NCBI GenBank assembly: GCA_019058315.1
Contig: JAHPZH010000005.1
Location: forward strand, 224,001-288,000
DNA length: 64,000 bases
Source: Candidatus Helarchaeota archaeon
GTDB lineage: Archaea > Asgardarchaeota > Lokiarchaeia > Helarchaeales > RDOG01
Direction: 5' to 3'
A program made the translations under genes and the position numbers. The number at the start of each line of letters is the position of its first letter. The first letter of the stretch is position 1. The notes under the pieces were generated by a model. That model searched no databases and was not told the origin of the DNA. It was given only the letters and a program-made list of their open reading frames with translations. Below are positions 1 through 10,390 of this stretch, piece after piece.

Positions 1-435
1 ACTTCCCTTGAACATACAAGAGTTTTGACGGCATTTGTGTCAGTTTTAGCAGCTATTTTCAATATAGTTTTGATTTTAGCTATTTTATCTGGACCGTCTT
101 ATGCCGATGTTATTGGTTATGAGATAGTATTCGATCTATCAACAAGTCTAATTGTTTATCCAGTATTATCAGTAATTCTTTTAATACCACCGATATTCTT
201 CTTTTACTATTATTTTAAAATGCGTAATGAGAACAGACCCAAAGCAAATCTAACTTTTTGGTTGGGAGTTGGATTATCATGCTTTTTTGTTGCCCTTATT
301 ACTGAAGTAGCACCTTTTTTCCCAACAGTTTTGTCAACACCCTTACGTATTTTCTTCATTCTCGCAGCTCTTACAATGTATATATGCTTTTCAAAGCCTG
401 ACTGGTTTAAAAAGAGAATTGGTTTAACAGAGTAG
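1..435 (+). CDS. Multi-pass membrane protein, 5'-truncated by window edge
   Basis: Frame open from position 1; about 4 hydrophobic helices in the visible part; ends KPDWFKKRIG. Confidence 0.75.
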   Translation, partial: TSLEHTRVLTAFVSVLAAIFNIVLILAILSGPSYADVIGYEIVFDLSTSLIVYPVLSVILLIPPIFFFYYYFKMRNENRPKANLTFWLGVGLSCFFVALITEVAPFFPTVLSTPLRIFFILAALTMYICFSKPDWFKKRIGLTE

Positions 436-651
436 AAATAATGATCCAAAAGACTTGATTCAAAGCTAAATTTACCCCTTTTTTTTATAAATATAAAACG
501 AAGAATTTTTCAACTCATAAGAATTTTAAATTAATATAAAATATTTCATAATTAAAGTATGGATCTTTGAAGTTAATAACGAAATAATAATACTGGATAA
601 TAGAGGTAGTTTTTTAATCAAAGGAATTCATAAGTTTTTTTGATTTCTCCA

Positions 652-1344
652 TTATTTGTTGTTAATTATAATTTCATTTATTTCAGAGAGTTCAAAATCT
701 GCGTATTTTCTTCTGGAATTTAGTTTTTCTGGCCATATTTTTTCAATTATATATGTAATAAGAACAGTGTTCATACCTATTTCCTTCGCACCCTGTAGTT
801 CATCACTGCCACCATCACCTATGAACAAGCATTCTTCTGGATTAACTTTAAGATCCTCAAGAGATTTTTCATAAATTTCTCTCTCTGGTTTTATGTAACC
901 TACGTTACAAGAAAAAATTACACTGTTAAAGTATTTATATAAAGGCGACTCATCCCAACCAGCTATTTCATGCACATCACCATTACTGATAAGACCTATT
1001 AATTTGCCCATATCTCTAAGCTTAGCCAAAGTATCAAGGACGCTCGGATCTATGTGCTGCAAAGAATATTTGAATCTAGCCATACGAGTATCAGTGGCTT
1101 CTTTGATAATATCTTCAGGAATATCGGGATTTATTGCATGAGCCATTTTTTTTATAATTTTATATGGATTTTTTATTATACCTCGAAGCCTATCTTGTGA
1201 ATACTTGAGTAATTGATCATTCCAATCTTTTCTAGTAACTCCCAATATGGCACTTGTTCCTTTACCAGGTGCACGTGCAGATTCCACTGAAGTCAATGTA
1301 TGAAATAAATCAAAAATAACCGCTTTGTATTTACTCAAGTTCAT
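652..1344 (-). CDS. HAD-superfamily hydrolase (HAD-IA)
   Basis: Motif I FDLFHTL, LISN, KP(ERE)IY, FIGDGGSDE. Confidence 0.9.
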   Translation of the reverse strand: MNLSKYKAVIFDLFHTLTSVESARAPGKGTSAILGVTRKDWNDQLLKYSQDRLRGIIKNPYKIIKKMAHAINPDIPEDIIKEATDTRMARFKYSLQHIDPSVLDTLAKLRDMGKLIGLISNGDVHEIAGWDESPLYKYFNSVIFSCNVGYIKPEREIYEKSLEDLKVNPEECLFIGDGGSDELQGAKEIGMNTVLITYIIEKIWPEKLNSRRKYADFELSEINEIIINNK

Positions 1345-1510
1345 TTATAATCAATTTATTTTGTAAATCCATTCAATCTTTTTTATATTAAAATAAAAAT
1401 TTTAAATATTATGTATGTATTTGATAATTAAATCAAATTTTAGATGGGAAATAAAAAGAAGATTAAAAGAATTATTAAAAAATCTTTTAATTTTTATTTT
1501 AATAGATTTC

Positions 1511-2185
1511 TTATTTTTTAGACACTTTTACAGGTTTCTCAAGAGGTTTTTCAAGCAATTCAAGAGCTTTTTTTACTGCTAATGGAGCTGTTAGAGCCCA
1601 TCCGTCCGCACCCATTTTCAAGGCAATTTTTTCAGTTACTGGTCCCCCACCAGCTATGATTCTCACATTAAGACCTTTATCTTTAGCTAGAGTAGAAATT
1701 TTTTTTATTTCTGGAAATAATGATGTAAGCATTGTAGAAATTAGAATTAGATCAGCGTTTGTTTTTTCTGCCTCGTCTATAAATTTTTCAGCTTTTACAT
1801 CGAAACCAAGATCGTGGATTTCAATGCCTTCAGCTTCCATTAGATATTTTACCATATTTTTTCCAAGATCATGGATATCACCTTCCACTACACCAAGAAC
1901 TGCAATGCCTTTTCTCATTTCACTAGCTTTATCTGCACTAATTTTTGAGCGTAAAACTTTAACTCCTTCGTAAAAAGCATCCGAGGCAATTAACATTTCA
2001 GTAGGAAAAACAGTTTTTTCATATTCATTACATACTTCACTCAAACCTAAATAAAGTCCTTTTTTGATAGCTTCGGAAGGGTCTATTTTAGCATCTAATG
2101 CTTCTTTAGCTGCTGCTTTTGCTGTATCACTATCCATATTTATAACGCTTTCTTTAAGTTTTTTCAATATATCTTCTTTTGTCAT
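1511..2185 (-). CDS. Corrinoid (cobalamin-binding) protein, MtaC/MtbC-like
   Basis: N-terminal cap helices, GDIHDLGKNMV (DxHxxG), DLGFDV, IIAGGGPV, GADGWA. Confidence 0.9.
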   Translation of the reverse strand: MTKEDILKKLKESVINMDSDTAKAAAKEALDAKIDPSEAIKKGLYLGLSEVCNEYEKTVFPTEMLIASDAFYEGVKVLRSKISADKASEMRKGIAVLGVVEGDIHDLGKNMVKYLMEAEGIEIHDLGFDVKAEKFIDEAEKTNADLILISTMLTSLFPEIKKISTLAKDKGLNVRIIAGGGPVTEKIALKMGADGWALTAPLAVKKALELLEKPLEKPVKVSKK

Positions 2186-3292
2186 TTACGCATTCGCTCC
2201 TTTACCTCTTTGAAAATTAGCTCCGAAAGTCCTAGCTGCCTTGACCATTGGTATCACATTGGTTAGAGGGGCGTATGGGGGGTATTCACATGATGCTCCA
2301 AGAAAATAACCTGTCGGAGATTTGCCAAATACCTCAAGCTGCCTTTTACATTCCTCGAAAACTTCACTAGGACTTGACCAAGCAAGCATCTGAACGCTTA
2401 AAAAGCCCAAAAAGATTAGTTTTTTTCCGTATTTTTGTACCATTTCTTCTTCGGTTTTACAGTCATCTGGTAGAAAGGCGTTTTGTATAAGTGTGGGGCG
2501 TAACCATTTAATTAGAACGTCGAAGTATGGTCCACGACCACAAGTATGGACGCAATAATTTACTCCTTTACTTTTCACAAGGTCTGCTATTCTTTTTTGG
2601 TAGGGAGCATCTAATTCTTCCCACATTTTTTTACTCATTAATTCTCTTTCAGCTAGAACAACCGGCACCATAATTGTTCGGGCTCCAGCTTCAATCTCTT
2701 TCTCTACAAATTCTAATTGAATTTCTGTAACTTGATCAAGAGCTTCATGAAGCAAATCTGGATGGTAAATGAAATCACGAACAAGGTCATTTGGATTGCG
2801 AATCCTTGATAAAAGACCCATCGGACCTATGGTAGCTCCACCAACCATTAGACCTTCCAATCTCTCATTTAAGGTCTTAATTATATGAATTTGGTTATTC
2901 ATTCTAGTTGCATTTTTCCAACTAAATAATTTACCAACTTTTTTATAATCTTCATGAGAATTAAGAATCCATTTATAAGGATCTGGATATGCAGCGTTGT
3001 TCTTAGGATAGATAATATTTGCACCAAATGCTTGAGCTTCAACACATAAATCAGCAATTGACGTCACGGCGTCATATCCAAAAGTACGTTGTGATTCCAT
3101 TTGACATCTCATAAAAACCTCAGGATTCTTACTATATTCCGCGTAATTAACATGGAGTACTTGGGCGGCGGCGGCTGTGACAAATGGAAAGACAGGTATT
3201 CTATCTACTTTTTTACCCAAGATCATTCCGGTAATTCTCTCTTTTGGGGTCATATATTCTTCGCATTCTTTTAATTTTTGCATAATTTTCAA
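2186..3292 (-). CDS. Uroporphyrinogen decarboxylase-family methyltransferase (MtaA/CmuA, MT2-like)
   Basis: MTPKERI..DRIPVFP, VEAQAFGA, Zn ligands HTCG and GASCE; abuts the corrinoid gene. Confidence 0.85.
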   Translation of the reverse strand: MKIMQKLKECEEYMTPKERITGMILGKKVDRIPVFPFVTAAAAQVLHVNYAEYSKNPEVFMRCQMESQRTFGYDAVTSIADLCVEAQAFGANIIYPKNNAAYPDPYKWILNSHEDYKKVGKLFSWKNATRMNNQIHIIKTLNERLEGLMVGGATIGPMGLLSRIRNPNDLVRDFIYHPDLLHEALDQVTEIQLEFVEKEIEAGARTIMVPVVLAERELMSKKMWEELDAPYQKRIADLVKSKGVNYCVHTCGRGPYFDVLIKWLRPTLIQNAFLPDDCKTEEEMVQKYGKKLIFLGFLSVQMLAWSSPSEVFEECKRQLEVFGKSPTGYFLGASCEYPPYAPLTNVIPMVKAARTFGANFQRGKGANA

Positions 3293-3413
3293 CTTTTTAA
3301 ATTAATTAATTCAATATTAAACTAACAATATCTAATTCTTATTAATAAGCTATGTGTAATGAATTAGATATTCTTAACTTATTAAATCATTAAATCAAAA
3401 TGGTGACAAAATA

Positions 3414-4196
3414 ATGAGTTATCAAGACATTATATTCGAAAAAAAAGGAAGTATTGCCCGTATTACTATCAATCGACCTGAACGTTATAATGCATGCACA
3501 CAACAGACAGTCCATGAATTGATAGATGCTTTTAACCGCTGTATGGATGAGGAAATCGGTGTAGTAGTCTTCACAGGAGCTGGGGAGAAAGCTTTCTGTA
3601 CAGGAGGTGATCAAACAACCCGTGAAAAAGGGGGTTATAAAGGAAAATACATGTTACCATTAGAAGTAGGTTGGCAGACTGTAACTTATCAAATTCGGAC
3701 CTTACCCAAACCTGTCATCGCACGTGTAAATGGTTACGCGATAGGTGGTGGACATGTATGGCATGTCAACTGTGATCTAAGTATAGCAGCAGAGAGTGCA
3801 CAACTAGGGCAAGCAGGACCTCGTGTGGGATCTTTCGACCCAGGATATGGCACTGGAGACTTGATGCGTGCCGTGGGTATAAAACGTGCAAAAGAAATAT
3901 GGTTTCTTTGTCGTAGATATACTGCCCAACAAGCCTTACAAATGGGTTTAGTAAATGCAGTTGTACCTATGGAGAAATTAGATGAAGAAGTAGAAAAATG
4001 GTGTCAAGAAATATTAGAAAAAAGCCCAACAGCTTTAAAAATGTTAAAATATGCATTCTTGGCCGAAACGGACGGTTCGACTGGAGCTACATTTCTGGGC
4101 GTTGGTGGTCTTTCTCTTTACTATGGTACCGATGAGGCGGTAGAAGGAAAAAATGCGTTTGTAGAAAAACGTAAACCAGAATTCCGAAAAAAATAA
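3414..4196 (+). CDS. Crotonase-family enzyme, MenB (DHNA-CoA synthase)/BadI (2-ketocyclohexanecarboxyl-CoA hydrolase) clade
   Basis: AFCTGGDQ, GYAIGGGHV, GPRVGSFDPGYG, LYYGTDEAVEG..AFVEKRKPEF. Confidence 0.85.
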   Translation: MSYQDIIFEKKGSIARITINRPERYNACTQQTVHELIDAFNRCMDEEIGVVVFTGAGEKAFCTGGDQTTREKGGYKGKYMLPLEVGWQTVTYQIRTLPKPVIARVNGYAIGGGHVWHVNCDLSIAAESAQLGQAGPRVGSFDPGYGTGDLMRAVGIKRAKEIWFLCRRYTAQQALQMGLVNAVVPMEKLDEEVEKWCQEILEKSPTALKMLKYAFLAETDGSTGATFLGVGGLSLYYGTDEAVEGKNAFVEKRKPEFRKK

Positions 4197-4498
4197 CCTA
4201 ATCTTTTCTTTTTATTTACCTTAATACAATAACATAAGATAATGGTTTATTATCTTTATTTAATTTTAAAATACAAATGTATGTAATAAAGACTATAGGA
4301 ATAGTTATAACGAAATAAAGTAGATTTACTAAGTGGAATTCCATTTTTTTCAGTCCTTTTTCAATTAATCCTTTCCTAATATTTACCATAATGACGTTAA
4401 TTTTTCAATTAAAAAGTTTTTGTTAAGTCTATTAAGTTAATAAATTTTATCATTAAAAATCACCATACAATGAATTAACTTCAAAAATAGGTGTTTAT

Positions 4499-4630
4499 GT
4501 GAAAAGAAGAAAAACAGACGAGGATTTTGAAATAAGATTATTACAAGATAAGATTTTCGAAATATTGGCTGAATATTTCGAACATTTTTTTTCTAATTTT
4601 AGGTTAGAGAACATTTTTGATAATAATTAA
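4499..4630 (+). CDS. Putative 43-aa microprotein (not in ORF track)
   Basis: AGGTG RBS at 4489, GTG start, MKRRKTDEDFEIRLLQDKIFEILAEYFEHFFSNFRLENIFDNN, TAA at 4628. Confidence 0.4.
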   Translation: MKRRKTDEDFEIRLLQDKIFEILAEYFEHFFSNFRLENIFDNN

Positions 4631-4660
4631 GTTAAAAAAATAAAATTAGGAGGTCTAGTT

Positions 4661-5074
4661 ATGTGTAAAAAGAATAAGAGGAGTAAAACAAAGAAAAAAT
4701 TAAAGGCTAAAAAATATGCACAAAAAAGAAAATTGTATAGTAAGGATACTATCAAGAAATTAAATAAAATTGAGTATTGTCAAAATAAGATTAATAAAAA
4801 CAAAAAATGTGAAAAATATATTCCTTTAGACTCACCTGAAAGACAAAAACATCATATTATACCCTTATCTCGGGGAGGGACAAATAACATGAGAAATATA
4901 CTTGTTTGTTGCATCGATTGCCATTATTCAATTCATAAGGAGGAATTTGAGGCAAGGGGATTGACATTAGAAAAGTTCAGAGAAAACATTTATCAGAAAT
5001 TCTATGAAAACAAGCGAAATAGTTTAACTGAAAGAACTTTTTGTAGCCAAACACAATATCAATATAATTTTTAA
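4661..5074 (+). CDS. HNH endonuclease domain protein
   Basis: HHIIPLSRGGTNNMRNILVCCIDCHYSIH HNH signature; AGGAGGT RBS; Lys-rich N-terminus. Confidence 0.85.
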   Translation: MCKKNKRSKTKKKLKAKKYAQKRKLYSKDTIKKLNKIEYCQNKINKNKKCEKYIPLDSPERQKHHIIPLSRGGTNNMRNILVCCIDCHYSIHKEEFEARGLTLEKFRENIYQKFYENKRNSLTERTFCSQTQYQYNF

Positions 5075-5084
5075 GGGGCTTCAG

Positions 5085-5243
5085 GTGGATAAAAAAGATT
5101 GTCCAGTCCGAAGTCTATGTTATTGGAACTTTAATGATATGTGTAAAAGATTGGGGATAGAAAAACACTGTTTACCTACTTTTTCTAAATTTGCATTATC
5201 AATTGAATGTATAAAATTGTTAGAAAATCACATTAAAAGATAA
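5085..5243 (+). CDS. Putative 52-aa Cys-rich microprotein (not in ORF track)
   Basis: GTG 10 nt after the HNH stop, GGGG upstream; MDKKDCPVRSLCYWNFNDMCKRLGIEKHCLPTFSKFALSIECIKLLENHIKR (5 Cys). Confidence 0.4.
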   Translation: MDKKDCPVRSLCYWNFNDMCKRLGIEKHCLPTFSKFALSIECIKLLENHIKR

Positions 5244-5289
5244 ATTTTTATTAATTTTTTTAATTTAATATATTTATATAATTAATTTA

Positions 5290-6099
5290 TTGTCACATCT
5301 TTTAATGGTGATTTTTATTTCTACAATATTAGGGGCAAATAGGATCCACATAGCATTTCAAGGATTCGAAGTTGATAGGATTGCGAAGCCAATTATAAAA
5401 TTTAAGGGAGATAAAGCATATATTTTTATTTTTAGGGATGAGAAAACCGAACAGTTCATGAAACAACATAATTTAATTAAGCAAGAGCTAGAAAAAATTA
5501 ATATAGAGACTATTTCTATTAATGCAGAAATTCATGACTATAATAATGTGATTCAAAAGATTTCAAAGATAATAAAGGAGGAGCGAGAAAAAAATGCGTC
5601 ATGTGAAATTTTTATAAATATTTCAGTGGGCACAAAGATTACAGCGGTTGCTGGAATGGACGCTTGCCGGATTTGGAATTGTACTCCTTATTATGTTCTT
5701 CCCGAATATTATATACCTGAAGATGATGGTAAAAAACAAAGTTTGAGTAAAGGTATAAAGGATATTTTTTCACCTCCTCAATTTGAAATTGTAAAACCGG
5801 AGGCACATTTGATTCAAGCTCTCAAAATCCTGGCGTCTAGCAAGAAAGATTGGATGTATAAAAAGGATTTTAAAAAAAAGCTGCAGGAGAAAAAATTACT
5901 AAAGATTATAAAGACATATAACGATCCTCGAGACCCTAAGAAAAAATCTGCGGAATATATGGCATTAAATCAGCAATACATAATACCTTTAAGGGATAGA
6001 TGGAAATATATTGACGAATCAAGTGATAAAAGAAATAAAAAAATAACAATCACAAAAATGGGTTATGAGATTTTAGAGATTTTTAAATATTTAGATTAA
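5290..6099 (+). CDS. CARF-like Rossmann + winged-helix protein (DUF6293/HFX_2341-like regulator)
   Basis: RIHIAFQGFEVDRI, INISVGTKITAVA, YYVLPE.Y; C-terminal wHTH ending KITITKMG; true start uncertain. Confidence 0.75.
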   Translation: MSHLLMVIFISTILGANRIHIAFQGFEVDRIAKPIIKFKGDKAYIFIFRDEKTEQFMKQHNLIKQELEKINIETISINAEIHDYNNVIQKISKIIKEEREKNASCEIFINISVGTKITAVAGMDACRIWNCTPYYVLPEYYIPEDDGKKQSLSKGIKDIFSPPQFEIVKPEAHLIQALKILASSKKDWMYKKDFKKKLQEKKLLKIIKTYNDPRDPKKKSAEYMALNQQYIIPLRDRWKYIDESSDKRNKKITITKMGYEILEIFKYLD

Positions 6100-6121
6100 A
6101 AAAATAGGGTTTATTGGTTTA

Positions 6122-8044
6122 TTATATTTTCATTACTGCTTTATAGGCCTCTTTAGTTGCATCTGAAATTTTTCTTGGTTTCTTACAATCTCCAATTTCC
6201 TTACATTTAATTCCTTTTTCTTTAATTTCGTCCAAAATGGTCTTATTAGGTTTTAATCCAGCTGAAACTATGAAATCATCAAATTCTACTTCTATTTTTT
6301 TATCTTTTTGAGAACAAATGGCCTTATTTCCGATTATTTCTTCAACCTTAGTTTTTTTCAGAATTTTAATATTCTTATTAGCTTCAATTTCTGGAATAAT
6401 CACATTTGCTACAGAAACAATGATATTTGCACCGATTCTTTTCATTTGTTCAATTATGGTAACTTCATTATCTTTCGCAAGTAATTCAGATACTTCAATT
6501 CCAGTCATCCCACCCCCTAATATTGTTACTCTTTTTCCAAGAGGAACTTTTCCTTCTAGAACATCGATATAGGTTTTATAATCAATTTTATCAAGTCCTT
6601 TAATAGGAGGTATCTCAGGTATTGTACCAGTTGCAAGGATTATAATATCGGGTTTAAGTTCATCAATAAGATTCATAGAAATTTCAGTATTGAGTCTTAA
6701 ATCTATATTTAATTGCTTTAATTTATGATTATAATAGTTAATAATTGAAGAAATTTCTTCTTTACCAGGTGCCACTTTAGCTAAGTTAAGAGCCCCTCCA
6801 ATTTTATCATTTTTTTCCAATAAGGTCACATTATGACCTCTTAAACTGGCATATTTCGCAGCACATAGCCCACCAGGACCAGCACCAGCTATTAATATTT
6901 TTTTAGGAGTTGCACTTTTTTCTATCTCTGATTCCAATTCATGAATATTAGGATTAATTGCACACTCTATTCCACCCATTTGCATTAGACTATCAGAACA
7001 ATGAAGACATGCAATGCATCGAATAATATCATCAGATTTATTATTTATAACCTTGTTTGCAAATCCAGGATCTGCTATTGATTGCCTACCAAATGCAATT
7101 AGATCTGCTTTTTCTTCATTCAATATTTGTTCTGCTAATTGAGGATCATTAATACGACCTACAGCAATTATAGGCACTTTAGAAGTAGCCTTCTTAACAT
7201 CAGCAGCTAGGTATGTAAAAATTCCTCTAGGTTCATTCATGTAGGGGATTAAAATGAATTTTGGATCATATGCACCCGCTGAAACACTAATTATGTCTAC
7301 TCCTTTTTCTTCCATAGTTTTAGCAACAATTTTTGCTTCATCTATGTCAAAACCCCCCTCAATATAATCCCTGCCATTCATTCTAAAAGAAATAATAAAG
7401 TCTTTACTAACTCTACTTTTAATTTCATCAAATACTTCTAACAGAAATCGCATTCTATTATTCAGATCTCCCCCATATTCGTCAGTTCTTTTATTATTAT
7501 AGGGAGATAGAAATTGACCTAATAAGTAACCATGTGCGGCGTGAATTTCTACTCCATCAAAGCCAGCTTTTTCAGTTCTTACCGCTGCATCACCATATTT
7601 TTTCGTAATTTGTTTTATTTCCTCCACCGTTAAAGGTCTCGGAGTTTCCTTAACCATCGAGTAGAGAAGCTGACAAGGAACAGAACTTGCAGACACCGGT
7701 TGATTTCCAGTTATAAGTGAGGTGGCTTGACTTCCGGCGTGATATAATTGTAAAATTGTTGCTGCTCCATGTTTCTTAATCGTTGCAGCTAATTTTGATA
7801 ACCCTTCAATTTTATCATCCTCACGGATACTTAACATGTTGCTTGTCCCTTTTCCATATTCGTCAAAATAAGTACCCTCAATATAAATTAATCCAATACC
7901 GCCCTTTGCGCGTAGTTCATAATAGTTCAAGGTCTTGTCAGTAACAAAACCTTTTGGATTAGCAAAATTCGTATCCATAGGAGGCATTACTATCCGATTT
8001 CGTAATTTACAATTTTTTATTTGAAAAGGTTCTAATAACTTCAT
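6122..8044 (-). CDS. NADH:flavin oxidoreductase (Old Yellow Enzyme/FadH-BaiCD type with 4Fe-4S and FAD domain)
   Basis: LRNRIVMPPM, GFDGVEIHAAHGYLL, RTDEYGG, CIACLHC..C, GAGPGG, GGGMTG; start moved to ATG 8044. Confidence 0.92.
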   Translation of the reverse strand: MKLLEPFQIKNCKLRNRIVMPPMDTNFANPKGFVTDKTLNYYELRAKGGIGLIYIEGTYFDEYGKGTSNMLSIREDDKIEGLSKLAATIKKHGAATILQLYHAGSQATSLITGNQPVSASSVPCQLLYSMVKETPRPLTVEEIKQITKKYGDAAVRTEKAGFDGVEIHAAHGYLLGQFLSPYNNKRTDEYGGDLNNRMRFLLEVFDEIKSRVSKDFIISFRMNGRDYIEGGFDIDEAKIVAKTMEEKGVDIISVSAGAYDPKFILIPYMNEPRGIFTYLAADVKKATSKVPIIAVGRINDPQLAEQILNEEKADLIAFGRQSIADPGFANKVINNKSDDIIRCIACLHCSDSLMQMGGIECAINPNIHELESEIEKSATPKKILIAGAGPGGLCAAKYASLRGHNVTLLEKNDKIGGALNLAKVAPGKEEISSIINYYNHKLKQLNIDLRLNTEISMNLIDELKPDIIILATGTIPEIPPIKGLDKIDYKTYIDVLEGKVPLGKRVTILGGGMTGIEVSELLAKDNEVTIIEQMKRIGANIIVSVANVIIPEIEANKNIKILKKTKVEEIIGNKAICSQKDKKIEVEFDDFIVSAGLKPNKTILDEIKEKGIKCKEIGDCKKPRKISDATKEAYKAVMKI

Positions 8045-8243
8045 AATCTTCCCATTTTTTCGTGTTTTTAAATACTTACAAGATATAAACTGAAAAAAAT
8101 AACTACAAGCAAGATAAAAAATATTTCTCACAAAAAATCTTATTTCGATTATAGAATTTTAATAAGAATAAAGCTTTTTTAAAAGAAAAAAGAGAACTTA
8201 AAGATAAGCAAATATTTCAGATAAATTAAAAAGAGTTAAAATT

Positions 8244-8876
8244 ATGGATTGGAACATAAAAGAATACCCTATAAGTCTTATAACAGCAATTATTGCTAAC
8301 ATTTTATACTATGCTTTTTTAATACCTGCCTCATTTACATTTCTAAAATTTCCATTTCAAACATACAATCCATTTTTTGATACTGTATCTTCTCTAGGAG
8401 ACACGGGAAAAAATCCTAGAGGTTGGATACTGTTTAGCATCTGTCTTATTCTATTAGGAATTATCCTAGTTCCATTTTTTATTGATATGAGTCGATGGTA
8501 TGACAACCAACCTGAAAAAAAGAAATTAATAAGAACCATTCAAATTTTAGGATATCTAAATAGTGTCTCTATGATAATGATCGGTATTTTTCCAACCGAT
8601 ATTCGATCATTTGAGCATGGTTTTTGGAGTTTTATGAATTTTCTCTTTATAGTTTCGATAATAATAATTACAATTATAACATTATGGGATCACCCATCCT
8701 ATATAAGACAAATAGCTTATATTGGAGTCTTTACATGCGGTTCTTGCTTCCTTTATATAATTTTTGGGATTTTTAACCTTCGGGGAATTACGACAATTTG
8801 GGAATGGCTAACATTCATAGGTTCTTTAGCTTATGCACTGGCAATTGCTCTGAATATATATAATAAAGGTCTATAA
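8244..8876 (+). CDS. DUF998-like membrane protein
   Basis: Six TM helices, YNPFFDTVSSLG, IGIFP, H, WEW. Confidence 0.7.
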   Translation: MDWNIKEYPISLITAIIANILYYAFLIPASFTFLKFPFQTYNPFFDTVSSLGDTGKNPRGWILFSICLILLGIILVPFFIDMSRWYDNQPEKKKLIRTIQILGYLNSVSMIMIGIFPTDIRSFEHGFWSFMNFLFIVSIIIITIITLWDHPSYIRQIAYIGVFTCGSCFLYIIFGIFNLRGITTIWEWLTFIGSLAYALAIALNIYNKGL

Positions 8877-8951
8877 TGCTAATTCTGCTTATTTCTTATT
8901 TTTTATACTTTAAAATCTATAAAGTGCAATCCTATAACTTTAAAAATTTTA

Positions 8952-10373
8952 ATGATTTTTTTTAAAGGACGAAAATTGACTTTAAAGGATGAATTGATAG
9001 AAGGTTTAAAAGAGGCGGTGGGAGCGGATTATATCGCAATGGATAAAGAGATTTGTTATACTTATTCTATGGATGCAAGTCCAATTCCAGGAGAAATCCC
9101 AGACATTGTAGTTCGGCCAGAAACAACAGAACAAGTTTCGAAAATTATGAAATTAGTAAATAAATATAAAACTCCAGTTTATCCCCGCGGGGCTGCAAGT
9201 TCCTTAGTATTAATGGGTGTACCTCTTCAACCTGGTGGAATCTCTCTTGATTTAACCAGAATGAATAAAATAATGGAGATTGATGAGGATTCTATGAGTG
9301 TAACTGTCCAGACTGGTATAACTTGGGGAGAATTAGAATATGAATTAAAAAAGAAGGGTTGGTATACGGGTTTTGTAGGACCTGGTCCCGGTCTTTCAGC
9401 TACAATTGGAGGAGGAATTTCGGTTGCTTCTGCATATTATGGATCAGCTAAATTTGGAACTGCTTGTGATATTCTCCTTGGATTGGAAGTTGTGTTACCA
9501 ACTGGAGAGATAATTAGAACAGGTTCGGCTGCATTAGATACAGCAAAGAGACATACTAGATATGGTATTGGATTAGATTCTACGGGAATTTTTTGTGGAG
9601 ATCAAGGAATAATGGGTATAAAGACGGAGGCTACATTAAAATTATATCCATACCCAGAAGCTATAGGATTTTTTGTTTATGGTTATGAAGATGAAGAACT
9701 GCTTCTAAAAGCAATTCATAAAATGGCATCCTTAAGAATTGCTTCGGATATTTGCTTTATTGATAAAGAAGCAGGACTAGATTTTGGAGGAAATCCGGAG
9801 CGTTTTCTAATTCATGGAAAAATAGAAGCACATAGTGAAAATGAATTAAAAGCCCAATTGGAGTTATTTGATATAATTGCCAAAGATACAAATGGGGTTA
9901 AAAAACCTGATTCTTTTTCAAAAATAGCTTTACACGATCAAAAATATGAGTTTCTTGAATTAGCAGGTTTTATGGGGAACTTTTTTAGTCCTTGCCACAA
10001 ATTACCAATCTTCAAATCCAAAAAAGTTCATGATTTATATTTAGATCATATCAAAGCTCATAAAGAAAAACTCAAGAAATACAAAGTTACAACCATTTAT
10101 TATCCGTTTGTGGTTCACGGGCATCTAGTTCTTGTTCCTGAGATCCAAGTCCCAATACATGATCCAGTAGGAAGAGACTTTGGCGTTAAATTCTGGAAGG
10201 ATTTTATTCATAACGTAATAAATCAGGGTTCTGTCCATTATTGGCTCGGGAAGGTAATCGGGGATATGGTAGTTGAACATTATCGTCCAGAATATTTTGA
10301 TTTCATAAAAAGATTAAAAAAAACACTTGATCCAAATGGAATTTTAAACCCTGGCTTATTAAAATTACCATAA
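8952..10373 (+). CDS. FAD-linked oxidase (GlcD/D-lactate dehydrogenase family)
   Basis: PDIVVRPETTEQVS, ATIGG, LGLEVVLPTG, GDQGIMGI.T, LDPNGILNPG. Confidence 0.9.
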   Translation: MIFFKGRKLTLKDELIEGLKEAVGADYIAMDKEICYTYSMDASPIPGEIPDIVVRPETTEQVSKIMKLVNKYKTPVYPRGAASSLVLMGVPLQPGGISLDLTRMNKIMEIDEDSMSVTVQTGITWGELEYELKKKGWYTGFVGPGPGLSATIGGGISVASAYYGSAKFGTACDILLGLEVVLPTGEIIRTGSAALDTAKRHTRYGIGLDSTGIFCGDQGIMGIKTEATLKLYPYPEAIGFFVYGYEDEELLLKAIHKMASLRIASDICFIDKEAGLDFGGNPERFLIHGKIEAHSENELKAQLELFDIIAKDTNGVKKPDSFSKIALHDQKYEFLELAGFMGNFFSPCHKLPIFKSKKVHDLYLDHIKAHKEKLKKYKVTTIYYPFVVHGHLVLVPEIQVPIHDPVGRDFGVKFWKDFIHNVINQGSVHYWLGKVIGDMVVEHYRPEYFDFIKRLKKTLDPNGILNPGLLKLP

Positions 10374-10390
10374 AAGAAAAAAAAGATTGA

